From Minisyncoccota bacterium (GTDB taxonomy: Bacteria > Patescibacteriota > Minisyncoccia > Phycocordibacterales > UBA1006), in assembly GCA_021734445.1 (NCBI GenBank), contig JAIPIY010000001.1, positions 185,306 to 249,305 of the forward strand: DNA of 64,000 nt. The letters run 5' to 3'. Made by a program: the position numbers and the translations under genes. Below, piece by piece: positions 38,602-48,309 of the stretch (within the stretch, counting starts at the first letter, position 1; the number at the start of each line of letters is the position of its first letter). The notes under the pieces are model-generated. The model worked only from the letters and a program-made list of their open reading frames with translations. It was not told where the DNA came from and did not search any database.

Positions 38602-39915
38602 ATGGACGTAGTCTTAATCATGGCGATTTTTGTGTTTGGTTATCTAACCATAACCCTTGAGCATGTTGTCAAAGTTGACAAACTGGTACCTGCCCTCATT
38701 ATGATGGCATTATTGTGGACAGTAGTAGCGGTCTTTCATGTACCGGTATTTACTATTATTGATGGTTTAGTGCCATCACACATGGACGAGATGCTGGTAC
38801 ACCATCTGGGCAAGACAGCCGAGATATTGGTGTTTCTTATCGGTGCTATGACCATAGTGGAAATCACCGACCATTTCAATGGCTTCGGTGCGATCAAACA
38901 GTTCGTGAGAACAAAAGATAAAAAAGTGCTATTGTGGATTATGGGCGGTCTGGCGTTTATCCTTTCCGCTATCATCGATAATCTCACAGCAACCATCGTG
39001 CTCATCACCATTCTGAAAAAACTGGTGCCTGATGCCAGGTCGCGCATGTGGTATGCAGGTATGATCATTATCGGTGCGAATGCCGGTGGCGCATGGTCAC
39101 CGATTGGTGATGTTACCACAACCATGCTTTGGATAGGAGACAAAGTGACTGCCGGGAAACTGGTCACGAACCTACTGCTCCCATCTTTCATTTGCATGGC
39201 ACTGCCAACATTTATTGCGTCACTTCTACCAGCCTTCAAGGGTCGAATTGAGATTCCTGAAACTAATGCCGAGGATAGAAAGGCAAGCCTGAGCATGTTG
39301 ATCATCGGTCTGGGTGCGATTGCATTCGTACCGATTTTCAAGACCCTCACGCATCTTCCGCCTTATATCGGCATGATGTTATCGCTTGCGATTGTTGCCA
39401 TTGTTGCCGAGATAAAGAGCAACCGTGAATTCAGGATGTCTGAGAGGGGTGAAGGGACAGCGCATCATAGCTCTGTCCATAAGTCACTGAGCAAGATCGA
39501 GATGCCCAGTATCCTGTTCTTTCTGGGGATTTTGATGGCCGTTGCAGCCCTGGAAAGTGTGGGTATGATCTTCCGAGCTGGAGAATCAGTGCGTGCCGTT
39601 ATTCCCGATGAGGTGTTCGTGGTGTTGCTGGGTTTTGGCTCGGCAATCATCGACAACGTGCCTCTAGTTGCGGCTAGTATGGGTATGTTCAATTTGCCAA
39701 CTGACCACGCCACCTGGCATTTCATTGCATTCTCTGCCGGAACAGGTGGAAGTATGCTGATCATCGGTTCGGCAGCGGGCGTGGTGGCAATGGGCATGGA
39801 GAAGATCAGCTTCATGTGGTATCTGAAAAACATCGCATGGCTTGCCATGATTGGGTTCTTGTCTGGATGCGGTGTGTTTCTTTGTATGGTGCGTCCAGAA
39901 GTGCTTGGATTTTAA
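38602..39915 (+). CDS. ArsB/NhaD-superfamily ion transporter (NhaD-like Na+/H+ antiporter or anion permease)
   Basis: 437 aa with 11 or more TM helices. The internal duplicated ...IIDNLTATIVLITIL... / ...AIIDNVPLVAA... motifs are typical of this permease superfamily. Confidence 0.6.
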   Translation: MDVVLIMAIFVFGYLTITLEHVVKVDKLVPALIMMALLWTVVAVFHVPVFTIIDGLVPSHMDEMLVHHLGKTAEILVFLIGAMTIVEITDHFNGFGAIKQFVRTKDKKVLLWIMGGLAFILSAIIDNLTATIVLITILKKLVPDARSRMWYAGMIIIGANAGGAWSPIGDVTTTMLWIGDKVTAGKLVTNLLLPSFICMALPTFIASLLPAFKGRIEIPETNAEDRKASLSMLIIGLGAIAFVPIFKTLTHLPPYIGMMLSLAIVAIVAEIKSNREFRMSERGEGTAHHSSVHKSLSKIEMPSILFFLGILMAVAALESVGMIFRAGESVRAVIPDEVFVVLLGFGSAIIDNVPLVAASMGMFNLPTDHATWHFIAFSAGTGGSMLIIGSAAGVVAMGMEKISFMWYLKNIAWLAMIGFLSGCGVFLCMVRPEVLGF

Positions 39916-39927
39916 GTGCTTCAAACC

Positions 39928-39964
39928 AGCCCGGTCTCTGTTATGGAGGTCGGGCTATTTTTTA
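39928..39964 (+). terminator. Terminator-like hairpin gcccggtctctgttatggaggtcgggc + ATTTTTTAT
   Basis: GC stem plus T-run after the 39915 stop. Supports a downstream start for mgtE. Confidence 0.45.
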
Positions 39965-40000
39965 TATATGAAAACAAATGCTATACTCTTATCATTCATT

Positions 40001-41341
40001 ATGGATATCCAATTGCAAACAATACAAAAATATATCAAAGAAAAAAATCTCCAGGGATTAAAAAATATCTATGGAGATATTCCACCTGCGGACCTTACCA
40101 CATTATTTCACCAATTGAATCCTGGTGAACGATTATTCTTTTTTCGATCATTACCCAGACTGGTTGCGGCCCAAGTTTTTTCTCATTTGGATCCTGACGA
40201 AGAGAATAGTTTAATTTTAAAATTAACTGACAAAGAAGCCCGTCAATTATTACATGATTTGGACCCTGATGACCGTACAGAATTTTTTGAAGAATTACCA
40301 GGTCGTCTTACACAAAAAATTCTTAATTTATTAGATGATGAAAATGTTGCAGAGATACGCATGCTATTAGGATATGCAGAAGATACCGTAGGCAGATTTA
40401 TGACACCTGATTATATAGCAGTACGTCCATCGTGGACAGCCGTTCAGGCAATGAATCATGTCCGAGAATGGGGAAATGAAAGTGAAACCAGTGATGTGAT
40501 TTATGTAACCAATGCATCTTGGGAATTACAGGGTGCTATCAGTCTACGTCACCTTGTACTATCAGATCCAGAAACATCTGTTGAATCAATTATGAAATCA
40601 CCAGCCATTGCAATTCACGCACACGAAGATCAAGAATCAGCTGTCCATATGATGCAAAAATATGATGTTAGCGTTCTTCCAGTTATAGATGCACATAATA
40701 TTTTAGTTGGAATCATTACTGTTGATGATGTGTTGGATATTGCAGAAGAAGAAACTACCGAAGACTTTCACCGAAGTTCTGCTATTGATGCATTCCAAGA
40801 AAGCTTCTTAAAAACATCTATATTTTTTCTCTATAAAAAACGTATTGGCTGGCTGGTATTATTAACGTTTGTGAATATATTATCAGGAGCAATCATTATG
40901 AGCTACGAAGCGACATTGCAACAAGCAATTGCATTAGTTGCATTTTTACCTCTTTTGATTGGTAGCGCAGGAAACTCAGGATCGCAATCAGCGACATTAA
41001 CCATTCGTGCAATGGCAACAGGGGATGTGCACATGGGGGATTGGTTGATCGTTATCTGGAGAGAATTAAGAACAGCTCTTTTGTTAGGTAGTACCATGGG
41101 TGCAGTTGTTTGGGGATTGGGTATTTTTCGATCAGGAGAAACAGTAGCTCTGATTGTTGCACTGACCATGGTTATGATTGTGTTGTTGGGAAGTTTATTG
41201 GGTGTATGTTTACCATTTGTTTTATCAAAGCTAAAATTAGATCCTGCTACAGCTAGTTCACCATTGGTTACATCAATCGCTGATATTTTGGGGGTGTTTA
41301 TTTATTTGATTATTGCAAAAGCTTTGTTGGGAATAGCGTAA
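40001..41341 (+). CDS. mgtE: Magnesium transporter MgtE
   Basis: MgtE N-domain, tandem CBS domains and a 5-TM MgtE channel domain (...AFLPLLIGSAGNSGSQSATL...). The start is placed at MDIQLQ; the longer ORF overlaps the upstream gene and terminator. Confidence 0.8.
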   Translation: MDIQLQTIQKYIKEKNLQGLKNIYGDIPPADLTTLFHQLNPGERLFFFRSLPRLVAAQVFSHLDPDEENSLILKLTDKEARQLLHDLDPDDRTEFFEELPGRLTQKILNLLDDENVAEIRMLLGYAEDTVGRFMTPDYIAVRPSWTAVQAMNHVREWGNESETSDVIYVTNASWELQGAISLRHLVLSDPETSVESIMKSPAIAIHAHEDQESAVHMMQKYDVSVLPVIDAHNILVGIITVDDVLDIAEEETTEDFHRSSAIDAFQESFLKTSIFFLYKKRIGWLVLLTFVNILSGAIIMSYEATLQQAIALVAFLPLLIGSAGNSGSQSATLTIRAMATGDVHMGDWLIVIWRELRTALLLGSTMGAVVWGLGIFRSGETVALIVALTMVMIVLLGSLLGVCLPFVLSKLKLDPATASSPLVTSIADILGVFIYLIIAKALLGIA

Positions 41342-41342
41342 A

Positions 41343-42497
41343 TTACAGATGACTATGTCCGTGCCCATGTGTATCTTGTGGTCCTTCTTCTTGAATTTTT
41401 TTATAAATTTCTTTTCTTCGTTTTCCTAAAATTACCACTGCAAGAAATGTTGTAACGGGCACCGTAAAAATCAATCCTATCGAACCCACAATGGTTCGCA
41501 CAATTTCTGTAGCAATTACTTCTTGGTTCATAACAATATCAAATGATGCCTGGGATGTTGCCATATATAATAGCAAGGGAAGACTAACTCCAACATACGC
41601 CAATACTAGTGTATTTACCAGTGCACCCACGTGTTCCTTACCTACACGTAATGCTTTTTTATATACTTCTTTTTCGGAAACTTTTTCGTCCATACCATAT
41701 AATTCATGTACTACCGCTGTTTGTGTAATCGCAATATCATCCAACACACCCAATACACCAATAATAATTCCTCCCAATAAAAGCCCAACGAAATCCAAAT
41801 TACCTAATGTATTAAAATTCAAATACACGGATTCTTCTGATGCAAAACCAGATAACTGTGTCCATGAAATTGCCATCTGCGCCAATAATCCAGTCAATAA
41901 AACCGTCCCAACGGTACCAGCCAATGCAATATGTGATCGTATATGAAATCCATGGGTAAAATAAATAGCAAACAAAAGTATCAACGAAGCCACCGATACA
42001 CTGACAAAAACCGGAGGATATCCCTTGAGCAACAAGGGAACCAAAACAAAAATAATAGCTAACAAACTAGCAACCAAAGAAACCAAAGATCGCACCCCTT
42101 GGAATTTTCCAAAAATCAAAATAATTCCCGCAAACAGTAATCCTAATAACAACAAAGATTTTGTTCTGTTTATCTCGTGTACCTGAAAATATTCACTACC
42201 GTCTGTGGCAATAAAATAACGAATAAAAAATGCATCACCTTTTTCCAGAGGTCGATAGTCGTTGGTAAAAGAAACAATTCTATTTTTTTCTTCACCTTCT
42301 TGAATTTGTGCTTTGACTTGTTGCAACGTTACATCACCAATACCCGTCATAAATTCAGTTGTCTCACTGGTAATTTCCAGAACCCTGGCTCGCCAGATCC
42401 CCTGAGACGTATCAATAATTTCTTGTGCAAAAAGAGAAGGCGCGTACGAACCAAAGAAAGCTGTAAAGAACAAAATTGTAAAGAAAGTTCTTTTCAT
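41343..42497 (-). CDS. YibE/F-like polytopic membrane protein with a His-rich C-terminal tail
   Basis: Signal/anchor plus an about 100-aa extracytoplasmic domain, then 6-7 TM. The C-terminus is ...GPQDTHGHGHSHL. Co-directional with and adjacent to the Fur-family gene. Confidence 0.35.
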   Translation of the reverse strand: MKRTFFTILFFTAFFGSYAPSLFAQEIIDTSQGIWRARVLEITSETTEFMTGIGDVTLQQVKAQIQEGEEKNRIVSFTNDYRPLEKGDAFFIRYFIATDGSEYFQVHEINRTKSLLLLGLLFAGIILIFGKFQGVRSLVSLVASLLAIIFVLVPLLLKGYPPVFVSVSVASLILLFAIYFTHGFHIRSHIALAGTVGTVLLTGLLAQMAISWTQLSGFASEESVYLNFNTLGNLDFVGLLLGGIIIGVLGVLDDIAITQTAVVHELYGMDEKVSEKEVYKKALRVGKEHVGALVNTLVLAYVGVSLPLLLYMATSQASFDIVMNQEVIATEIVRTIVGSIGLIFTVPVTTFLAVVILGKRRKEIYKKIQEEGPQDTHGHGHSHL

Positions 42498-42500
42498 AAA

Positions 42501-42941
42501 TTATTTTTTACGTGTGCATGTTTTACAAGTACCAAAAAATTCTAACATATGATCTGCTATGGTAGAAAATTTATGCGAACCCCGAGTAACAGACTGTATA
42601 TTTTTACCCAATACACATGCCGACACTGGTTCGACATCATGACACTGTGTGCACACAATATGATGATGGTGATGATCAGACATAATTTCAAAAAAAGTTT
42701 TGCCTGTCTGAAAATACATTTTTCGAACCAACTCTTTTTCAACAAATTGTTCGATGATACGATATGCCGTTGATTCATTCATGTCGACAGGTGACAGTGA
42801 TAAAATATTTGGAATAGAAAGTGCACATTTTTTCTTTATGAGAATATCGTACACCGCGATACGTTGCTCTGTTGCACGCAATCCGACAGAACGTAAAACG
42901 TCCACAGTGGTTGTCGGGTTTTTTGATAGCAGTTGATGCAT
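42501..42941 (-). CDS. Fur-family metalloregulator (Zur/Fur)
   Basis: DNA-binding N-domain (...LRATEQRIAVYDIL...) and a metal-site cluster HHHHHIVCTQC ... CKTC. The start is placed at the internal Met. Confidence 0.75.
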   Translation of the reverse strand: MHQLLSKNPTTTVDVLRSVGLRATEQRIAVYDILIKKKCALSIPNILSLSPVDMNESTAYRIIEQFVEKELVRKMYFQTGKTFFEIMSDHHHHHIVCTQCHDVEPVSACVLGKNIQSVTRGSHKFSTIADHMLEFFGTCKTCTRKK

Positions 42942-43047
42942 ATCTATACAGTACGCAAAAATACACAAAACTGCAAGCAATATAGTTGCAAGTAATTTGC
43001 AAGTATGCTACTTTGAAACTATTATCATTAAGAGCAATCTGTATAAT

Positions 43048-43914
43048 ATGAATATAACAATGATTCTCTCAGCTCTGTTTATTTCTCTTACCTCTTTTTC
43101 TGGGGCACTATTTGCTTCACAAAAAGCATACTCTTGGCTTTTTGAAAAAAAGAACATCAAATTTTTAATTACTTTCTCTGCAGGTATTTTTGGAACAACT
43201 GCAATTTTACTATCTTTTGAGACTTTTGAAATGTTGTCAAAAACTCAAGCTCTGATTGCGGTAATTTCTGGTTTTGTATTCATGTTAATATTGCACAAAT
43301 TATTACCAGAAAGTCATCATCATGATACTAAATGTCCCAACTGTGAACCAAAAATAAAGAAGACGGGGATTAAAATTTTAGTAGGAGACACTATTCATAA
43401 TATTGCCGATGGTCTTGTTCTTATCTCTGCATTTAGTGTTTCAAAAGAATTTGGTTTTTTTGTCACGATAAGTATTTTGATTCATGAAATCATCCAAGAA
43501 ATTTCTGAATATTTTGTTTTACGAGATTCTGGTTTCTCAAGAAAGAAAGCTCTAGCTTTTAACTTCTTGTCATCTTTGTCTATCTTTGTTGGGATTTTAA
43601 TTGGATATGTATTAATCCAAAATGAAACAATCCAAGCAGTCTTGTTAGGTTTTTCAGCTGGTATATTTTTACACATCGTCTTTCATGATCTGCTTCCGTA
43701 TCACGAACTACAAAAAAATGATACTAAAAATTCTTGGAAACATATTCTGGTTTTATGTTTGGGTATTGGAATTATGATATTAATTAATATTGCAACACCG
43801 CATACTCATACACACAATGATGCAGAACATATGCGTGAAACAAATACCGATCATACACATTTTGAAGATGAAATGATGCATGAAGATAGTTTAGATCATC
43901 ATCATATAGATTAA
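43048..43914 (+). CDS. ZIP-family divalent metal transporter (ZupT-like) with a His-rich C-terminus
   Basis: IHNIADGLVL and LIHEIIQEISEYFVL correspond to the ZIP HNxxDG and HExxxE metal-binding helices. Divergent from the Fur-family gene. Confidence 0.65.
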   Translation: MNITMILSALFISLTSFSGALFASQKAYSWLFEKKNIKFLITFSAGIFGTTAILLSFETFEMLSKTQALIAVISGFVFMLILHKLLPESHHHDTKCPNCEPKIKKTGIKILVGDTIHNIADGLVLISAFSVSKEFGFFVTISILIHEIIQEISEYFVLRDSGFSRKKALAFNFLSSLSIFVGILIGYVLIQNETIQAVLLGFSAGIFLHIVFHDLLPYHELQKNDTKNSWKHILVLCLGIGIMILINIATPHTHTHNDAEHMRETNTDHTHFEDEMMHEDSLDHHHID

Positions 43915-44234
43915 TCGACTTTTGATGACTATTTTTGCATTAAGTTCACGCACTATATTCATGTCATTCGCTTTCACGAAAATAATACATATGAAACATA
44001 ATAGATAAACTTGTTTCACACACTGTGAAACTCTACATAAGCCCATGAATCGTATAATAATGAATCATAGTATCTTTTTTAATGAGATATAAGTTTCACA
44101 AAACATAAGAACATTGCTTTTATGTGAACAAGGTCTACAAGAGCTGTGTTTCACGAAAAATCATGCCAGGGGGTGCAAAAAAATCTAAAATGTGTATAAT
44201 AGAAATGTTCAAGAAGGTGCAACAGCCAAATAAT

Positions 44235-44308
44235 GCGGGACTAGTTTAGTGGTAGAATGACTGCCTTCCAAGCAGTAGACAAGAGTTCGATTCTCTTGTC
44301 CCGCACCA
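44235..44308 (+). tRNA. tRNA-Gly (anticodon TCC) with encoded CCA
   Basis: Acceptor gcgggac/gtcccgc, anticodon arm actgc-cTTCCAa-gcagt, T-arm aagag-ttcgatt-ctctt, discriminator A then CCA. Confidence 0.85.
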
Positions 44309-44369
44309 TAACATACATACTTTTTGTATAACACATATAACACTTCCGATATGGAAAATTTCGTAAAAT

Positions 44370-46451
44370 GTGTATAATATACATATGAACGAGAGAATCC
44401 CATTAAACAGTAAAGCTCTCCAACAAGAAGGTGCCCCTGAGACCTTTTTAGACGAGATCTCAGAAAAAGCACGACATGACAATATAGAAGATGAATATTT
44501 AAGTTTTAAAAACGGTTTAAGTAAATATAATCTATCTAATCCAAATCTAAAATCTTATGTTCAAGAAGTTTTTTCTAACAGGGATTTAACCCTGCAGTTA
44601 AGTTTCCTATTAGAGATTTATCCAATAATGATGGGAGTAAGCGATACAATCAGTGATATTTTAGATAGTATATCAGACTTTGAGCTAAAAGATTCTCATT
44701 CTTTTGAAAGAAAGTATTATAAACATGTTGAATCGGAGGTTATGAATCTTAAAAAGCTTTTTGATATATTATCGGGAATTAAGTTAGACAAAGATGCTCC
44801 GGCTTTCGTAAGTCTTCTAAAAAAGATAGCAGAGAAAGAAATACTCGAAGCATTTTTATACCACAGCAATCATAATCCGGACACAAAACTCCATGAATAT
44901 TATTCTGAAAAAAGTAGCGAATATAATCAAGAGTATGTATATCCTGGTTTACCAGTTTATAATATCTACCCACAAAAAATTTCAAATGATTTTTGGGGTT
45001 ACACAGAAGATGGTAAACTTATGATTGCTCGTTCTTCACCAGAAAAAACGTTAGCACTTGAAAATTTAGAAAGAGAAATAAATACTAAATTATCTAATGT
45101 AAAAGAGTCTGTAAGTTTATCTAATTTATTTTCAAAAAGAAATAATATTCTTAAAGAAATAGAAAAAAGAAAAGCTAAACCTATCACAGTGAATGATGTA
45201 TATCGTAGTTCTACTATAGAAAAAACATCAGAAGAGCTCACAAAAGAATTTATGTTCCTAAAGAACATGAGTGGTTTTTTAGGAAGTTATTTAAAAGTTG
45301 ATTTCTTAAAATTGTCATTAGGTGAAACTTTTTTGGTTTTACAATATTTGGAAACCAAGAACGAGGAATCCTTAAACAAAGTTTTAAAAATTGCAAGTAA
45401 ATTTCCAGCAAACAATAATTTTTGGAAGACCTTTCTCTCTATTGAACATGGCGGGCAAGAAATGGGAGATAAGATTCTCACCATTGGTGAAAAATTACCA
45501 AAAAATATCGCAGAAAAAGTGTTTACAAAATATAGTGAATATATTGATGCAGTTGAAAACACAGATAATTTTGTTACTGAACTATATACAAAACAAAAAC
45601 CAAAACCCGAAGTAGTACAAAAAATCAAAGAAAACCTTCTTGTAAAAGGGAAGAATATATTACTTTCTCAATATGAAAAAATCCAAACGGGAACATTTGA
45701 TGAAAAAAAATTCCAAGAGTTTATAGATGGGGCAAAAGCGGATATTGACCTATTCAAAAATACATTCAAAATTACCCTAGAAGAAAATCCTGACACAAAT
45801 TTTGAAGATTTTTTGGGAATGAGAACAGAGATGAAACCTGGTACAGAAATCGAGCAATCGACCATACAAAGCATTGACACTATAATCGAAAAGAATTACA
45901 AAGAAGAAGAACTTCGAAATTCAGTTAAAAATTCATTTCATCAATCTCTTCATCATCCAACAACCCAAGTTTCAGTATTAAAACGAGAAGATAAGATTAT
46001 CGCATCAAATCGAATTGATTTCAAAGAAGATGGTACATTGTATTTTGGTACATTTAATGTTGACCCAGATTATTGTAGTTCTAAAATAGGTGATGCGTTT
46101 TTCAAAGCGACGATACTTCCTTATATGGAAAAACACGTCATCCAAGCAGATTGTTCTGCCCGTCAACCTATTAGCGCATATTATATTGAATCTGGATTTA
46201 TTGGTACTGCATTATATGATTATAATGGTGAACCATCTCTTTCAATAGAAACAACTTTGGATTCAGTTTTTGATTCAAAAAAACTTTCAAAAAAAGAGGT
46301 ACTCGACCTCCTTGACTCTGGTGATACAAAATATACTATAAGAAAGTTCGCTAACCAAGAAGATATTACCCACAACTATCCTGCTGATAAAAAATTAACC
46401 CGATTTTTCTTTGATAGAAATTCTAAAGAATGGATTGCTCTTTGGGAGTAA
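44370..46451 (+). CDS. Large Lys/Glu-rich hypothetical protein
   Basis: 693-aa uninterrupted ORF with no recognisable motif. Its 3' end overlaps the convergent TrmB gene by 29 nt. Confidence 0.45.
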   Translation: MYNIHMNERIPLNSKALQQEGAPETFLDEISEKARHDNIEDEYLSFKNGLSKYNLSNPNLKSYVQEVFSNRDLTLQLSFLLEIYPIMMGVSDTISDILDSISDFELKDSHSFERKYYKHVESEVMNLKKLFDILSGIKLDKDAPAFVSLLKKIAEKEILEAFLYHSNHNPDTKLHEYYSEKSSEYNQEYVYPGLPVYNIYPQKISNDFWGYTEDGKLMIARSSPEKTLALENLEREINTKLSNVKESVSLSNLFSKRNNILKEIEKRKAKPITVNDVYRSSTIEKTSEELTKEFMFLKNMSGFLGSYLKVDFLKLSLGETFLVLQYLETKNEESLNKVLKIASKFPANNNFWKTFLSIEHGGQEMGDKILTIGEKLPKNIAEKVFTKYSEYIDAVENTDNFVTELYTKQKPKPEVVQKIKENLLVKGKNILLSQYEKIQTGTFDEKKFQEFIDGAKADIDLFKNTFKITLEENPDTNFEDFLGMRTEMKPGTEIEQSTIQSIDTIIEKNYKEEELRNSVKNSFHQSLHHPTTQVSVLKREDKIIASNRIDFKEDGTLYFGTFNVDPDYCSSKIGDAFFKATILPYMEKHVIQADCSARQPISAYYIESGFIGTALYDYNGEPSLSIETTLDSVFDSKKLSKKEVLDLLDSGDTKYTIRKFANQEDITHNYPADKKLTRFFFDRNSKEWIALWE

Positions 46452-47205
46452 TAGACCAAAGATATTCAAAAACCGCTTTGTGCATTTTGTAGATAGAAGC
46501 ATCTTCGATAATAACTCCGATCATTGAATTTTCTTTTAACGTTATATAGGATATTTTATTTTCATAAATTTGCATAATCGTTTCAAATTCAAGGGCGTCA
46601 AATTTTGCAAATTTTGTTTCTGTTATTTCTGTATGGTATTCTTTGATCGTTGCACGAGCCTGTGGTGTATCCAACATCATACCTTTTTTCTGTATTCCTA
46701 TTTTTTTTCTTTCCTGTGTATATTCTTCGTTTATTTTAGGAATATATTTCATGACAGCGTCTAAATCAACATAGGTGTATATTACTGTTTCTTTAGGAAC
46801 AGTCAGAGTATCCCACAACACCTTTCGTATCCCACTTAGCCCTTCATAAAACTGAATATTGGGTTTATCTGACAGTAAATTATATTTTGAAACAAATGAT
46901 CCCAAAGAAACAGCCACGGTTTCTTTTGATAAGGTGATTGCTTTTTCTTTTTGTTCAATAAAGCGCAGTATCTGAGAAGGGTGCTCTGGAAAAAAAACTG
47001 CAACGCTACCAGAACCACCTTTTTTTGAAACTAACAACATTCCCTCTAATTGTTCTAACACCTTGTATACTAGACTTCTTTTGATTCCAGTCCATGTTGC
47101 TAATACACTGGCCTTTTGTGGACCTTTTTCTAATAGGGCATTATAAATCAATGCTTGTTCTTCAGACAAACCAGCTTCGATAAGTATATTTTCTTCAGCA
47201 ATCAT
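46423..47205 (-). CDS. TrmB-family transcriptional regulator (third copy)
   Basis: wHTH LSEEQALIYNALLEKGPQKASVLATWTGIKRSLVYKVLEQL plus the TrmB C-terminal domain. Confidence 0.65.
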   Translation of the reverse strand: MIAEENILIEAGLSEEQALIYNALLEKGPQKASVLATWTGIKRSLVYKVLEQLEGMLLVSKKGGSGSVAVFFPEHPSQILRFIEQKEKAITLSKETVAVSLGSFVSKYNLLSDKPNIQFYEGLSGIRKVLWDTLTVPKETVIYTYVDLDAVMKYIPKINEEYTQERKKIGIQKKGMMLDTPQARATIKEYHTEITETKFAKFDALEFETIMQIYENKISYITLKENSMIGVIIEDASIYKMHKAVFEYLWSITPKEQSIL

Positions 47206-48309
47206 ACAAAAAGTATAGCATATATTATATTGTTATGCAAATATGACAATATGATTATTAAATATATGTTATAAAATAAGGGCTTTTTATATATAAAAGT
47301 GTTTTTGTTATCATAACATTGACAGATAGAGAAATAAATGCTATACTGTAGCCAGAAGATTGATTAGTTCTTTAAGAGATATGTTCAAAACATCTGGAGT
47401 TCACTCAAACGGTCAGGGGAGCCAAAAACACCCCAATCAAGGCAATAGCCAAGATGAGGAGAGAGTAACTCGTGAAAAATAGATGCTTCAACCATATCTG
47501 TTTGCGACAGACCTTTGGATGACAACAGCAAACTTGTCAGAAAAAGGAACCACCTGTCACCCGGTATCATCACACAAGATACAACGCTATCGTGAAGATA
47601 TTGACTGGGACAGCAAGAAATTAACCCGTCTTGCTCCCAGAAATATCTTTAGGATCTCAATCTGCCTTCGCTAAAGCTACGGCATGATAAAGAGGAGAGA
47701 ATAAAGAGAGAAAGCACTTTGACAACAAAATAAAAACAGGCGCATAGCATCTGCACAGGTGACATATTCACGACAGGATGATCTGCGAGCCTGAACCTAA
47801 AATGTATTTAAACGGTATTCATATGACAAGAGAGAGTGTGATATGGATACCGCGGATACAAAGGTGTCGTATCGAATATATGTCCAAGTAGTATCTTTTT
47901 GTAGATTTCCTTGGACACAGGACAAAACTAACTGTTCGAGGAGATCTACAAAAATCTCTCTCCTCGAAGATAATTACACATAACATATATTCCATACGTA
48001 GACATCTTTGTATCCGCGGTGAAAGCCGTTGTCATTCCAACTGACATAAAACAGTGGACGCGAAAAGTAATCAGTGCGAGAAACGATTGCAGTTACATTC
48101 TTGTTCAATTTGGCAAAAGTGATAAGTTTTTACAAAAAAGATTTATCACTTTTGCCAAAGAAAACCCATGCGGTGAGTATCTTGCGTAAAACAAATCCGA
48201 AAAAGGCATGCCAGCCAGCAAGTCGGATAGGTAAGAGTTGACTGCAGGGGAAAGACCTGATGTAAATCCCAGATAAACTTCAAATCCTCGACTGGGCGAG
48301 GTGAAAAAA

